A stretch of DNA of 64,000 nucleotides, taken from NCBI GenBank assembly GCA_965223865.1, contig OZ245020.1, forward strand, positions 1,120,001 to 1,184,000. The letters are read 5' to 3'. Positions 40,578-52,046 of this stretch are shown piece by piece. Position numbers and translations under genes: made by a program. The notes under the pieces were generated by a model that was given only the letters and a program-made list of their open reading frames with translations, did not search any database and was not told the origin of the DNA. The stretch comes from Nitrosarchaeum sp. (GTDB lineage: Archaea; Thermoproteota; Nitrososphaeria; Nitrososphaerales; Nitrosopumilaceae). Position 1 is the stretch's first letter, and the number at the start of each line of letters is the position of its first letter.

Positions 40578-41231
40578 TTAGAGGCTTAATGCTAATAGGA
40601 TGAATGAATCTGAAACTCGTTGGCACTTGTCTGCCATCTCTTCAATTCCTTCAATCACATCTTTCATCAACATTAATTCTTTTGTGTTTGTGACTTCATT
40701 TAGAAGTTTGAGGGTTGCTTGTCTATACTTGATATCAATTTCTCGTTCAATTGTTTGTGTTTCTTGTGCTAATTCTATTGCACTTGCTGTGTTTGTGTTA
40801 AGACTACGAATGATTTCGTTTAGTTTGTAAACTTGGTCTACGACTAATTCGATCAATTTTGTAATCTCCTGATCAAGTTTTGAACTCTTCAAAGTTGTTG
40901 GCTTTACATTGGAAAGTTTAAAGGATATTCCTGTAATGTATCCTGCAATTTCATCCATCGTATATGCTGTATTGAGGAGATTTTCTCTATTCATGATGAG
41001 ACCTCCTACATCAGCTACTTCTCTTGTGATCTTCCGTCTGAGATTTTCTACTTCTTCTTCGATGGTAGAAATTTGTTCAAGGGCATTTTTGATACCTGTT
41101 TTGTCTTTTTTCATCATGAGATCTGGCAAGGTTGCAAGTTCTCTTGATGCATTTAGAATTCTATTGATTTCGTCTTGTAAAACTGCTATAGCCTTTCTTT
41201 TTGCTTGAACTTCAAGCTCTCCGCTATACAT
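40578..41231 (-). CDS. DUF47 / PhoU-like phosphate transport regulator
   Basis: Two helical repeats with E..D and E..AD motifs. Confidence 0.82.
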   Translation of the reverse strand: MYSGELEVQAKRKAIAVLQDEINRILNASRELATLPDLMMKKDKTGIKNALEQISTIEEEVENLRRKITREVADVGGLIMNRENLLNTAYTMDEIAGYITGISFKLSNVKPTTLKSSKLDQEITKLIELVVDQVYKLNEIIRSLNTNTASAIELAQETQTIEREIDIKYRQATLKLLNEVTNTKELMLMKDVIEGIEEMADKCQRVSDSFILLALSL

Positions 41232-41299
41232 TTCAAAATTCTAAAATATACTCAGGTAATTTAAATCCTCTATGTTTGTATGATTTTTTTGTAAAATCG

Positions 41300-43066
41300 T
41301 CATATTCTATTTTTATCATAGGCAATTTTTTTCTGTCCTCTGAACAATGTAACAACTTCTTCATTTGTTGAGGCATCTTCGACTGCTTTTTCAACCCTGA
41401 TCTTTCCTGTGAACTTTGGGAAGCGTAGTGCTAACCCTGTATTTTTCCTAATAACACCGCTTGCTGCTTTATGGATTGGGCTAAGAGTTATTTCTGATGC
41501 TACAACTTCTACTACTAACTCTGGCTCAAACCACACATCTGCTTCCATTTCACTGTCTATTCTCGGATTTTTTTTTATTGTTACTTTATTGGATAAAATT
41601 TGATAGAGTTGGTCTAAATTTTCATCTGTAAAACCTGTTCCAACTTTACAAATACTAGTAAACAAATCACTATCGTCATCATATGTTGCCAAAAGTAAAG
41701 TTCCATAACGTCCAGTTCTTCTACCTTTTCCAAAAAACGCTCCAATAACTACCAAGTCTAAACTGTCGCCAAGCTCATTTCTATATTCCCGTTTAAGCTT
41801 TAACCAATAACTTCCTCTGGAACCTGCCTGATATGGTTTGTCCATCATTTTTAACATCAATCCCTCACATCCTGAATTAATGCTGTTCTCTAAAAATTCT
41901 TCAATTTCATTTTCATTTGTTACAATACTCATTGGAATATTTCTTGCAAATTCATCTTCTTTTACAATTTTTTCTAATAGTTTTCTTCTTTCTATGTATT
42001 TTAATTGCAGACAACTTTTTTCATTATAATACAATAAATCAAAAAAATTAACAGTAATTGGGTATTGTGAAACTGCTTTTTCAATTTTATATTTTCTCCT
42101 TCTATGCATTAATTCTTGAAATGGTAAGAATTCTCCTGTGTTTTCATTAATTGCAACTGCTTCTGCCTCTAAAATTGCTTTATCTGCTTGAATTGATTTA
42201 GGAATTTTTTCTACTATGTCTGGATAATAACTAGTAATATTTTCTAAACTTCTTGAAAATAAAACGACTTTGTCTCTTTCTATGTGAAGTTGAACTCTTT
42301 CCCCATCTAACTTGTATTCTGCTGCAAATTCATTTCCCATTTTTTCAATTGCTTCATTTTCACTCTTTACTCTATCTGCAAGCATTGGACGGACTGGATT
42401 AAACAAATTGATTTCGAATTTTTCTACTCCATCTATTCCTTTACTTGCAATAACTTGAGCAACTTTTCCCAAATCACTTGAAACATTATATGAATGTTCC
42501 AAAATCTTTCTATTTTCTTTATTGTTTGTAAATGCAATAGCAAGAGCATCCATTACTGTATTCTCTGCAATTCCTAATCTTAGTGTACCGAGTAAAATTT
42601 TCAAAATAAAACTAGCTTCAATCGGTGTTGCATCATTAAGTAGACTTGAAATGTATTTTATTTTCATATCTTGAGAACGAGAACCCTCTAGTTTTGCAAT
42701 TTTGAATAATGTTTCATATACTCTTTCTACCGTAATATCTTCCACGAGAAAAGTTGTTTGTGTTTTCTGCTCTAAAATTATTGATGCAGCATTTCCAAGA
42801 TCCCCTTCCTTTCTGTACTCTGTTTCGATTTTCTTAATTGGTATGCCTGACGATTTTGATATTGCTCTTATTGCAAGTTTTTCAGCAACCCCTAACTCTA
42901 TTCCCTCAAAATCTGGTCTTAATTTTCCTTGCAAAAGATAAACAATTTTTGAAATAACTTCGTGTGGAGTTCTTCCAAACAATTCTACTAAGTATTGTGT
43001 AAGTTCTAATCTTTTTCTGGTTTTTTCCATTTTACTAAAAGAATCAGCTAATATAGAATACTCCAT
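41300..43066 (-). CDS. lig: ATP-dependent DNA ligase
   Basis: EYKLDGERVQ, EGLMLK, WLKLK, LRFPK. Confidence 0.97.
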   Translation of the reverse strand: MEYSILADSFSKMEKTRKRLELTQYLVELFGRTPHEVISKIVYLLQGKLRPDFEGIELGVAEKLAIRAISKSSGIPIKKIETEYRKEGDLGNAASIILEQKTQTTFLVEDITVERVYETLFKIAKLEGSRSQDMKIKYISSLLNDATPIEASFILKILLGTLRLGIAENTVMDALAIAFTNNKENRKILEHSYNVSSDLGKVAQVIASKGIDGVEKFEINLFNPVRPMLADRVKSENEAIEKMGNEFAAEYKLDGERVQLHIERDKVVLFSRSLENITSYYPDIVEKIPKSIQADKAILEAEAVAINENTGEFLPFQELMHRRRKYKIEKAVSQYPITVNFFDLLYYNEKSCLQLKYIERRKLLEKIVKEDEFARNIPMSIVTNENEIEEFLENSINSGCEGLMLKMMDKPYQAGSRGSYWLKLKREYRNELGDSLDLVVIGAFFGKGRRTGRYGTLLLATYDDDSDLFTSICKVGTGFTDENLDQLYQILSNKVTIKKNPRIDSEMEADVWFEPELVVEVVASEITLSPIHKAASGVIRKNTGLALRFPKFTGKIRVEKAVEDASTNEEVVTLFRGQKKIAYDKNRI

Positions 43067-43183
43067 TCCATTTCTCTCTTGGTCCTGAATAAAAGTTTGA
43101 ATCTAGATATGTATGGAGGAAGAATACTACAAAGAGGCGTAATGAAAAATTTTGGGAAAATTACAGGTCAAAATTACTTCATT

Positions 43184-44278
43184 TTACTGCTGTCGAATTA
43201 ATTTTTTGATACTTTGAGCGTTTGTATTAGTTGGATCTATACTTAATACAGTATCAAGCAAAAGTAAAGCATCATCATGTTCTCCAAGTTTAATCAATGC
43301 ATTTGCTTTTCCATTTAATGCATTAACATTATCATAAAGATTTAACACCCTGTCATACAAAATTATAGCTTTCTCATATTCTCCACTATCTACCAAAAGA
43401 TTACCTTGTCGTATGATCATGTTAATAAAATGAGACTCAATTGTATTAGAAACGTCTCTTGCAGTTTGAATTAATTTTACCGCTTCGTCATCTTGTCCAG
43501 TTTCTGATAAAACCAACGCCAAACCAAGTAACGCATCCAAATTATTAGCATCAATATTTAATGCTGTTCTATAATTTTGCTCAGCTTCATTCATTTGTCC
43601 TGCCTGAAAATATGAAAAAGCTAATCCATTATGTGATTCAACACGGAATGATTCAAGTCTTAAAGATTTTTGAAAGTTTTCTATGGCTTGGGAATAATTC
43701 CTCAAATTTGTATATGTGAATCCAAGCCCATTGTATGCATTTACATTATTTGTCGTAATATCAAGGGATTTCTGATAGTAATCTAATGCCTTATCATATT
43801 CTCCCAAATCCATATGGGCTACCCCCATACCATTGTGAGCATTTACATTGAATGGGTCAATGGATAATACTTTGGAATAATATTGCATTGCATCCTCCAA
43901 GAGATGTAGTTTCGATAAAGAGTATCCCATACCATTTAATGCACGAATATTGTTTTCGTTTTTTTCAAGAGTTATTTCATAAAGAATTACTAATTCACTA
44001 TAAAATCGATTAGTGGTAAATTCATCTCCATAATAGATTAATTCGTTTTCGGTTAACTCTCTTAATGATTCTATATCTTTGGTATCAATTTCATGAATAG
44101 ATTTAGGTTCATCATGTTTTCTTACATCCTCTACAACAATAGGAGGTTCAGTGTTAGAATAAAATAAAAAAATTGCAGTTATAGTAATAATTACAAAAAT
44201 AGAAATTCCAAATATTACATACAGATATGCAGATTTTTTTGGATTTTTAGATGATAGATCTTCTGAGGAATTAAACAT
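43184..44278 (-). CDS. Membrane-anchored TPR-repeat protein
   Basis: N-terminal TM; repeated NA.NG.G...LG.Y..A...Y.K.L.ID units. Confidence 0.88.
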   Translation of the reverse strand: MFNSSEDLSSKNPKKSAYLYVIFGISIFVIITITAIFLFYSNTEPPIVVEDVRKHDEPKSIHEIDTKDIESLRELTENELIYYGDEFTTNRFYSELVILYEITLEKNENNIRALNGMGYSLSKLHLLEDAMQYYSKVLSIDPFNVNAHNGMGVAHMDLGEYDKALDYYQKSLDITTNNVNAYNGLGFTYTNLRNYSQAIENFQKSLRLESFRVESHNGLAFSYFQAGQMNEAEQNYRTALNIDANNLDALLGLALVLSETGQDDEAVKLIQTARDVSNTIESHFINMIIRQGNLLVDSGEYEKAIILYDRVLNLYDNVNALNGKANALIKLGEHDDALLLLDTVLSIDPTNTNAQSIKKLIRQQ

Positions 44279-44355
44279 GACAAATCTCCATTTTTACTAA
44301 GATGATTATCTCATCTTAACATTTTTCATGCCATTCAAAACTTTTTGATTTGAAT

Positions 44356-44766
44356 CTAGATATATCTGAAAATTGTTGGCTTGTCTGATTTTGGCAGGTT
44401 TGACACTAGTGCAAAATTGTATAGAGGATATGCTTTCTTGTATTGTTTCATGAAACTCCATGCCACATCATGTGTTTTGAATTTTGTTCTAATTCCATCA
44501 ATATTACTTTGTTTTCCAAATACATCAAAGACAACTACATTGTAATTTTTTGGACGGTTGTGAGGTTTTGCTTTTAGGAGCCATGCTAGTGCAAACAGAA
44601 ATACTGCTGCAAGAATAACATATTCTCCTGCAACTTTGAAAAATGCTGAAAATACCCCTGGTATGGTTTGGCCAAAAAGTACTGCCATGAAATTAGAAAA
44701 TGAGATTACTACTAATGCTGTAAAAATGTAGGTCTTCCAATCAAAGATTTTTGAAATATTTTTCAT
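44356..44766 (-). CDS. Membrane hypothetical protein
   Basis: Two N-terminal TMs plus a soluble C-terminal domain. Confidence 0.7.
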   Translation of the reverse strand: MKNISKIFDWKTYIFTALVVISFSNFMAVLFGQTIPGVFSAFFKVAGEYVILAAVFLFALAWLLKAKPHNRPKNYNVVVFDVFGKQSNIDGIRTKFKTHDVAWSFMKQYKKAYPLYNFALVSNLPKSDKPTIFRYI

Positions 44767-44834
44767 TTAGGTAACTTTGTTAGTAGTTATTTTCTTTTAA
44801 CTATTTCCTATCTTTTTGAGGGATAACCGCTAAT

Positions 44835-45968
44835 CTAGTCTGGATCTTCGTAGTTTTCTTTCCTTTCATCGCTACTAGTACTTTCCATTGGTTTCATCTT
44901 GCTTTCAAGTACATCCATTCTTGCTCTATATCCTTCAGCATATTCTAACTCCGATGGAACAAGTGTTGCTGGATGTATGAATCCCTGACTTCTTATTGCC
45001 ATTGCCTTTTTAGTTGCATTCTCTCTTACGAGGTCCCAATCTGGAGTCGAGAATCCATCAAATGGACCAGTAAACTTTCCATTATGCATACTAAACACCA
45101 ATGCCTCTACAATTGGAATGCAAAAGTTGATTGTTGCAGCTGAATTTAGCTTTACAGGCATTAACGGCATATTGTGACTTCCTCTAGTGTTTCCTGCAAC
45201 ATAATGTGGATTGTTAAAGACACTGCCTACCTCTTCTGTTGCTGGGAATCTTTTCTGTGTCCTTACCATGCATATAGGATCATCTTTTCCTACGTATGTT
45301 CCTGCAATATTGTGTAATCTGTCAGTTGATGCTGCAAGAATTGGTTCTCCATCTTTGGTAGTAACTGAATCTACAACATATCTTCCAGGATACATCAATG
45401 CTGCTTCTAGTGTGGGTTTGTCTTGCCATAACTCAAGCTCTGCGATTTTGGCCTCTTCTACATCCATGATGTTTATTTTAACACCTCCTGCAAGATTCTT
45501 GTTTACAATTAATCCTGTGTTACTTAGTGCATCAACAAACATTCTATATATTGGATAATTAAATGCCCCTGGTTCAGTCTTGTCTGCTGCAAAAACTGTA
45601 AATGCTTCATTTGGTCTTTCTTCAAATTCCATCTCAGCAACTCCAGGTCCCATTCCTTTGACATTTCCTGAAAAAGAATCTTTTAGCAAATCTTGTCCTG
45701 CACCATACAAGCCTTCTTCTCTTGCAACTTGGGTTCCTGCCATAAATGCATCCCAAGCTAATTTGTGAATTTGTTGATTATCTACACCATGAGTGTGAGA
45801 CATGACAATGTGGACATCATCTCCACAATATCCGATATAATGATCGATTAGTAAATCTTCAGAATTTTTGATGGTGTTTCTAACTGCTTCAATTAGTCCA
45901 TCACTTGGTCTTGTATGACCTCCAACTCCACCTACGTCGGCTTTGATAACAGAAACTGTGATTTTCAT
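44835..45968 (-). CDS. fbp: Bifunctional fructose-1,6-bisphosphate aldolase/phosphatase (class V), copy 1
   Basis: IKADVG, GDD, LYGAGQDLL, GNVKGMGPGVAE, DKTEPGAFN, YVGKDDP, RGSH. Confidence 0.96.
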   Translation of the reverse strand: MKITVSVIKADVGGVGGHTRPSDGLIEAVRNTIKNSEDLLIDHYIGYCGDDVHIVMSHTHGVDNQQIHKLAWDAFMAGTQVAREEGLYGAGQDLLKDSFSGNVKGMGPGVAEMEFEERPNEAFTVFAADKTEPGAFNYPIYRMFVDALSNTGLIVNKNLAGGVKINIMDVEEAKIAELELWQDKPTLEAALMYPGRYVVDSVTTKDGEPILAASTDRLHNIAGTYVGKDDPICMVRTQKRFPATEEVGSVFNNPHYVAGNTRGSHNMPLMPVKLNSAATINFCIPIVEALVFSMHNGKFTGPFDGFSTPDWDLVRENATKKAMAIRSQGFIHPATLVPSELEYAEGYRARMDVLESKMKPMESTSSDERKENYEDPD

Positions 45969-46219
45969 AATATGCGTGTTTTTTTGCAGGGATTTATGTG
46001 TAATTTTTTATTTTTCTATTAATTATTATCTCTGATATTGTGTGATCCTGAGATTTATTTTGTTATTTATCATGTGATCTAATGAACAACAAATAAACTC
46101 CAATTATTAGTATGGCAAGTGATGCTAAATTATGCATCATGCGATTTTCGTAGAAAAATCATCCTAATTACTAAGGCTGCTGTGAATTAATTAAATAATA
46201 ACTGTAAAATAAAATATTC

Positions 46220-46750
46220 ATGTCAAATAACAGTCAAAATTTTCCTACTCCTTTACGTGTCCTGATAATTGATGATAATCCTTTTCTTCTGAGAGTATTT
46301 GAAAAAATGTTGCGGATAAAAGGCTTTTTTGTATCTACAGAGACTACTAAAAAAGGGTTTACAACATCTTGAAAGTGATCTATATCATGTTGTATTTCTA
46401 GACATTCCCATAAATGGATATGATGAAAATCAAGTTTTAGATATACTTGAAGAAAACAAATCTTTAGAAAAATCATCCATACTTTTGCTTTCTTCTTTAG
46501 ATCTTAATGAAGAAAAACTAGAAAAATGGAAACAATCTGATTGTATTCCTATATCAAAAAACCAGTAAGACGTAATGTAATATTTGATATATTGAATGAT
46601 ATACATGCTCACACAGATTTTGATGAGCCAAAATTAGAGTTAGAAAAAGAAAAAACTGTTGCTAAACAAACCTCTCCAAAGAAAACCTCTCCAAAGAAAA
46701 CCTCTCCAAAGAAAACCTCTCCAAAGAAAACCACAAAAAGTAAAAAATAA
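46220..46750 (+). pseudogene. Response-regulator receiver protein with TSPKK tail, two frameshifts
   Basis: From ATG 46220: LRVLIIDDNPF; continues in ORF 46329-46568 (VVFLD, LLSS) and ORF 46541-46750 (YIKKP). Confidence 0.75.
46668..46732 (+). repeat. 15-bp tandem repeat, four copies, encoding TSPKK
   Basis: AAACCTCTCCAAAGA exact copies. Confidence 0.95.
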
Positions 46751-46860
46751 TCTTAAATTTTAAATGACTATGCTGGTTCTTGAGATAATGGATTCAATAG
46801 TGTTTGATTAGTGTATCTTAATTTCAATCACATTGGCATATGGAATATTTTTACTAAATT

Positions 46861-47562
46861 TTAGATCTTACCGAGCTTTTCCTTAAATTCCTTGTATGCT
46901 TTCTCATATGAAGGCATATCTCCTACATCTGTAAATCCTTTCTTAATCAAAAAGCTGTTTACTTTTTTCTTTTTTGACATTGCTTTTAGAATAACTTTGT
47001 CCATACCATAAGGTATGTTGTTTGGAATTAATGAGAATGTTTTTGGTTCCATAACATAACACCCTGTATTAATATTGGAGGTGATTTCTGGTTTCTCTCC
47101 CCATTTAGTGACAATGCCTTTTTTGTCAGTATCAATCACGCCATATGGCAAACGAAACTTATATTCATAAAGACACATAGTGATAAAGGATTTGCTTTTT
47201 TGATGCTTCTTTATCATACCTTTAAGATCGAAATTAAATATTGAATCACCATACATACAAACAAAACTATCGTCTATGAATTCCTCAGCACTTTTTAGCT
47301 GGCCAGCAGTAGCTAATGGCTTATTGGAAACTGCATACTCTATGTTAACTCCAAACTCTTCTCCGTCTTGAAAATAATCTTGAATATTTTTTCGTAAATA
47401 ACTCACACAAAGTACGATTGATTTTATGTTATTTTTTTTCAACCAATTAATTGAATGTTCTAATAATGGTTTATCTCCCAATGGAAGCATCGGCTTTGGA
47501 ACAAATAATGTATATGGCTGAAGTCTGGTTCCAAGACCTCCGGTCAAGATGACTGCTTTCAT
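46861..47562 (-). CDS. Sugar-phosphate nucleotidyltransferase
   Basis: AVILTGGLGTRLQP..PKPMLP, YGD, INTGCY, DVG. Confidence 0.9.
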   Translation of the reverse strand: MKAVILTGGLGTRLQPYTLFVPKPMLPLGDKPLLEHSINWLKKNNIKSIVLCVSYLRKNIQDYFQDGEEFGVNIEYAVSNKPLATAGQLKSAEEFIDDSFVCMYGDSIFNFDLKGMIKKHQKSKSFITMCLYEYKFRLPYGVIDTDKKGIVTKWGEKPEITSNINTGCYVMEPKTFSLIPNNIPYGMDKVILKAMSKKKKVNSFLIKKGFTDVGDMPSYEKAYKEFKEKLGKI

Positions 47563-47814
47563 TATTCGATTTTTTTCCCAGAGTTATTTATGACTATGTA
47601 TTAAAGATCATGTAAAAAAATTTCTATACTATGATAATTTGATTATACTGTTCTAATTATTGTTTGAAATAATCGAAACTTTTCTAAAAATTTAATAATT
47701 ATGCGTGTTTAAGGCATCCATAGTATTTGTTTTAGTCACAAGTATACTTCTTGTTGTTAACTATATATGATAATTTTATTAATAACAACCTTCGCGTAAC
47801 TTAAGATTAACATA

Positions 47815-49581
47815 ATGTGTTCTATTCTAGGCCTATCCAGTGATCGTGACGTTGCACCAACAATTGTCGAGTCGTTAAAAAGAATGGAATATAGAGGATA
47901 CGATAGTGTAGGTGTAGCCATTAGAAGTGCTTCTGATATTCAGGTTAAGAAAGGAGTAGGAAAAGTTAAGGTTGTAAATGATAGCATTCACATGGATAAG
48001 ATAAGTGGTAATGCGGGCATTGGCCACACTAGATGGGCCACTCATGGAGGAGTTACTGTGGAAAATGCTCATCCACATCTATGTGAGACCGGCTCTATTG
48101 GAGTTGTGCATAATGGAATCATTGAAAATTATTCTGAACTAAGAGAAGATTTAGAAAAAAATCATAATATTGTATTCAAAAGCTCAACTGATACAGAGGT
48201 AATTCCTCATCTTTTACAAGTTAATTTACAAAAATCAAATGATATTAAAAAAGCTGTAATGGATACTGTGCATCAATTAAAAGGACATTATGCCTTTGTT
48301 GCACTTTTTAAAAGTGGTGAGATGGTTGGAGTTAGAAACCATGAGCCTCTTATATTGGGTATTGGTGATGGTAACAATTTATTGTTAACAAGTGATGTTG
48401 TTGGACTCCCAGAAAACATGACCTCTGTGATATATCTTGATAATAATCAGTTTGTCATTATAGATAAATCTAAATTCAAAATTCATTCTTTTGATGGTCA
48501 TGCTGCACAATACGCCATCAAGACATTACCAAAAAATTATCAAAAGATATCTAAAGGGTCGTATGATCACTTTACTATAAAAGAAATTTTTGAACAGCCT
48601 AATACAGTTCTTGTAGCTGGGGAAGGAGACGTTGGCTCTCTTGAAAAAATTGTAGACTCCATACGAGATTCCGACTTTGTATATGTCACAGGTAGTGGAA
48701 CAAGCTATCACATTTCAGTTATTGCAAAATATCTTTTTTCGCGATTTGCAGGAAAGAAAGTAGAGCATGTTATGGCAAGTGAGATGAAATATTCCTCTAG
48801 ATACATCATTCCAAATTCTACTCTTTTAGCAATATCTCAGAGTGGAGAAAGTGCAGACATTATTGAATCTGTGTCTATTGGAAAAAAGAAAAATGCAAAA
48901 ATACTATCAATGATAAACTCTAAAAATTCTTCTCTTGAAAGAGAATCTATGTTTTCAGTTGGGTTGAATTGTGGCCCTGAAATCGGTGTGGCTGCCACAA
49001 AAAGTTTTACTTCTCAAATGGCCATTCTGTATAAAATTGCCGATAAATTATGCGGTGGTTGTCTTGCTATTGATTTTAAAATCATTTCTGATGCTTATAC
49101 AAAAATTTTATCAAATACTTCTACTATCAAAGAACTGGCAAAATCTCTCAAAAACCTTCAAAGTCTTTTTGTTATTGGTAGGGGAATACACTACCCAATT
49201 GCAAAAGAGGGCGCTCTAAAAATTAAAGAAATTACATATGTCCATGCTGAAGGAATAGCTGGAGGAGAACTAAAACATGGCCCCCTGGCCTTGATGGATT
49301 CAGAAACTTATGTGATTGTAATTAATCCTGATGATGACTCGTATATGGATAACTTATCTAGCGTTAACGAAATTAAGGCTCGTAAAGCAAAAGTAATTGG
49401 AATCTCTAACAAAAAGGATCCTGCATATGACTATTGGATTGAAATTCCTACTATTCGTGAAGAACTTTATCCGTTAATCGAGATAATTCCACTACAGCTT
49501 ATTTCATATTACCTTGCTATAGAGAGAGGAATTGATCCTGATTATCCCAAAAATCTTGCAAAATCTGTGACCGTGAAATAA
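47815..49581 (+). CDS. glmS: Glutamine-fructose-6-phosphate transaminase
   Basis: N-terminal Cys, EYRGYDS, GHTRWATHG, HNGIIEN, SQSGE, ELKHGP, LAKSVTVK. Confidence 0.96.
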   Translation: MCSILGLSSDRDVAPTIVESLKRMEYRGYDSVGVAIRSASDIQVKKGVGKVKVVNDSIHMDKISGNAGIGHTRWATHGGVTVENAHPHLCETGSIGVVHNGIIENYSELREDLEKNHNIVFKSSTDTEVIPHLLQVNLQKSNDIKKAVMDTVHQLKGHYAFVALFKSGEMVGVRNHEPLILGIGDGNNLLLTSDVVGLPENMTSVIYLDNNQFVIIDKSKFKIHSFDGHAAQYAIKTLPKNYQKISKGSYDHFTIKEIFEQPNTVLVAGEGDVGSLEKIVDSIRDSDFVYVTGSGTSYHISVIAKYLFSRFAGKKVEHVMASEMKYSSRYIIPNSTLLAISQSGESADIIESVSIGKKKNAKILSMINSKNSSLERESMFSVGLNCGPEIGVAATKSFTSQMAILYKIADKLCGGCLAIDFKIISDAYTKILSNTSTIKELAKSLKNLQSLFVIGRGIHYPIAKEGALKIKEITYVHAEGIAGGELKHGPLALMDSETYVIVINPDDDSYMDNLSSVNEIKARKAKVIGISNKKDPAYDYWIEIPTIREELYPLIEIIPLQLISYYLAIERGIDPDYPKNLAKSVTVK

Positions 49582-49699
49582 TTTTATGGAAATTTAGTAC
49601 CACCTAAAATTTCTAATTTTAAGAACAAAAAGAAAGAGATAATAAGGAAATTCAAATCGGATCGAAATATTATGACTATTCCTGAATTCATACCTGGAG

Positions 49700-51307
49700 A
49701 TGACAATGACTGAAATTGTAGGCTCCTCTCCAACTGAAAAGTTTGTTGCCCAACTAGCTGACTTTGGAATCAACCCATCTAAAGTTCACAGAAACTTGAG
49801 CGTAGATGAGATGGTATCCTTAGCTGTTGATAGAAACGAAGGTGTGGTAAACTCTACAGGATCCCTTTCTGTAAACACTGGAAAATACACTGGCCGCTCA
49901 CCTGATGACAGATTTATCGTATATGATGATGTAACACATGACACCATAGACTGGGGTAAGGTAAACCACCAGTTCCCAACAGGAAAGTTTGAGAAAATAT
50001 TTGAAAAGATGAAAGACTTTGTAAACAACAAGGAATTATTTGTCTTTGATGGATTTGTCGGAGCTGACAAAGACAATCGCCTACCCATTAGAGTGATAAA
50101 TGATCATGTATGGCAGAATCTCTTTGCAAGAAATTTGTTTATTCGACCAACTGATGAAGAGCTAGAAAATCACGAACCAGAGTTTACTGTAATGTGTATC
50201 AATGACTTTAAGGCAATTCCAGAAGAGGATGGTACTGGAACTGATATCTTTATCTTAATTGATTTGACAAGAAAACTCGTACTCATTGGAGGAACACAAT
50301 ATGCCGGTGAGATGAAAAAGTCAATGTTTGGTGTAATGAACTTTCTACTTCCAGACAAGGGAGTATTTCCAATGCATTGCTCAGCTAACATTGGCAAAGA
50401 TGGTGATACTGCACTGTTCTTTGGACTATCAGGGACTGGTAAAACTACACTCTCAGCTGATCCAAACAGAAATCTGATTGGTGATGACGAACACGGATGG
50501 TCTGATAATGGAACCTTTAACTTTGAAGGAGGATGTTATGCAAAATGCATCAACCTAAGCCAAGAGGCAGAACCTGAAATCTGGAATGCAATAAAGCCTG
50601 GTGCAGTTTTAGAAAATGTTGTACTAAATGGTAATACTCCAGACTATGATGATAACACTCTAACTGAAAATACCCGTGTTGCATATCCACTTGATTACAT
50701 TCCAGGAGCTGTGATTCCATCAGTTGGTGGAAATCCCAAAGTTATCGTATTTCTAACTGCAGACGCACTAGGTGTCTTGCCACCAGTATCTAGATTAACC
50801 AAAGAAGGTGCAATGTTTCACTTTATGTCAGGTTATACGAGCAAACTAGCTGGAACCGAACGTGGAATAAAAGAGCCAAAGTCAGTATTCTCTGAATGCT
50901 TTGGCGCACCATTTATGCCAAGGCCAGCCTCAGTTTATGCCAAACTCTTAGGTGAGAAGATAAACCAACACAATACCGTAGTATACCTGATTAATACAGG
51001 ATGGTCTGGCGGCCCATACGGTGTTGGCAAGCGAGTCAAGATAAAGTATAGCAGAGCAATGGTAACTGCAGCACTTACTGGAGCACTAGATATTGTAAAG
51101 TATAGACATGATGATCTATTCAATGTAGATATTCCAACTGAAGTTCCTGATGTTCCCTCTGAAATTCTAGACCCAAGAAACACATGGACTGACAAGGACT
51201 CGTATGATCTTTCTGCAAGAAAGCTAGCTCAGATGTTCATTGAGAACTTTAAGAAATTTGAGAATGTCTCACCTGAAATTGTCAATGCTGGTCCCAAGAT
51301 GCTTTAG
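49700..51307 (+). CDS. pckA: Phosphoenolpyruvate carboxykinase (ATP)
   Basis: TGRSP, YAGEMKK, GLSGTGKTTLS, IGDDEHGW, NFEGGCYAK. Confidence 0.97.
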   Translation: MTMTEIVGSSPTEKFVAQLADFGINPSKVHRNLSVDEMVSLAVDRNEGVVNSTGSLSVNTGKYTGRSPDDRFIVYDDVTHDTIDWGKVNHQFPTGKFEKIFEKMKDFVNNKELFVFDGFVGADKDNRLPIRVINDHVWQNLFARNLFIRPTDEELENHEPEFTVMCINDFKAIPEEDGTGTDIFILIDLTRKLVLIGGTQYAGEMKKSMFGVMNFLLPDKGVFPMHCSANIGKDGDTALFFGLSGTGKTTLSADPNRNLIGDDEHGWSDNGTFNFEGGCYAKCINLSQEAEPEIWNAIKPGAVLENVVLNGNTPDYDDNTLTENTRVAYPLDYIPGAVIPSVGGNPKVIVFLTADALGVLPPVSRLTKEGAMFHFMSGYTSKLAGTERGIKEPKSVFSECFGAPFMPRPASVYAKLLGEKINQHNTVVYLINTGWSGGPYGVGKRVKIKYSRAMVTAALTGALDIVKYRHDDLFNVDIPTEVPDVPSEILDPRNTWTDKDSYDLSARKLAQMFIENFKKFENVSPEIVNAGPKML

Positions 51308-51611
51308 CTAAAGTTTGCTTTTCAAAAAAAAATAATTTAAAAAGATTTCATCTCCTGTTAAACTTGATTTTCAGTCAATAAAGTCATCAAGAAAATATTT
51401 TACAATGTGTTTTGAATTGATAAGTATACTTATTTTTCTTCATAGATATTTTCTGCTTTTTATCTTGTTTTTATTCCTAATTTAATTGAAATTTTTTCAC
51501 TCATAGAACATCTCATTTCTATACATTGTGATTAGTATCATGCGTAGCAAGAACATGGTTTGATGTATTTACAAAAATCTTTGGATATTGTTATCTTGGA
51601 AAAAACTGTTT

Positions 51612-52046
51612 CTAAATAATGTTGTTTTGATTGTGTATTACTTTAAAAATCTTTACAGTGTATTGCCCTTCAAAAATATTTATTACTTGTCCATTTTCAG
51701 TATCTATGTTTCTTATTCTAAACTTGTATTCATAAGACCCATCTCCTTTAACATCAACCTGAGTAAAGTGAACCGCATCTTCTCCTTTAAAGAATTGGAT
51801 GATCACAGGATATCTTTCTACAAAATCAGACGCTTTTCCATTAACTGAACCCCAAGGAAGTTTATTATCTTCAGGTATGATCATTGTGGTTATGGTCTTT
51901 TGAAGGCTAATTTCTTCGTTAATTGGAATAATAGTTGTAATATTTTCAGGTTTTTGTGTTTCAGCTTGTATTTCTAAAGGAAATATAATTATTGAAACTG
52001 ATACAACAATTACCATTATCAATAGACTTGACTTTAACATCTTCAT
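51612..52046 (-). CDS. Secreted hypothetical protein (Ig-like)
   Basis: Signal peptide/TM, QVDVKGDGSYEYKF..GQYTVK. Confidence 0.75.
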   Translation of the reverse strand: MKMLKSSLLIMVIVVSVSIIIFPLEIQAETQKPENITTIIPINEEISLQKTITTMIIPEDNKLPWGSVNGKASDFVERYPVIIQFFKGEDAVHFTQVDVKGDGSYEYKFRIRNIDTENGQVINIFEGQYTVKIFKVIHNQNNII

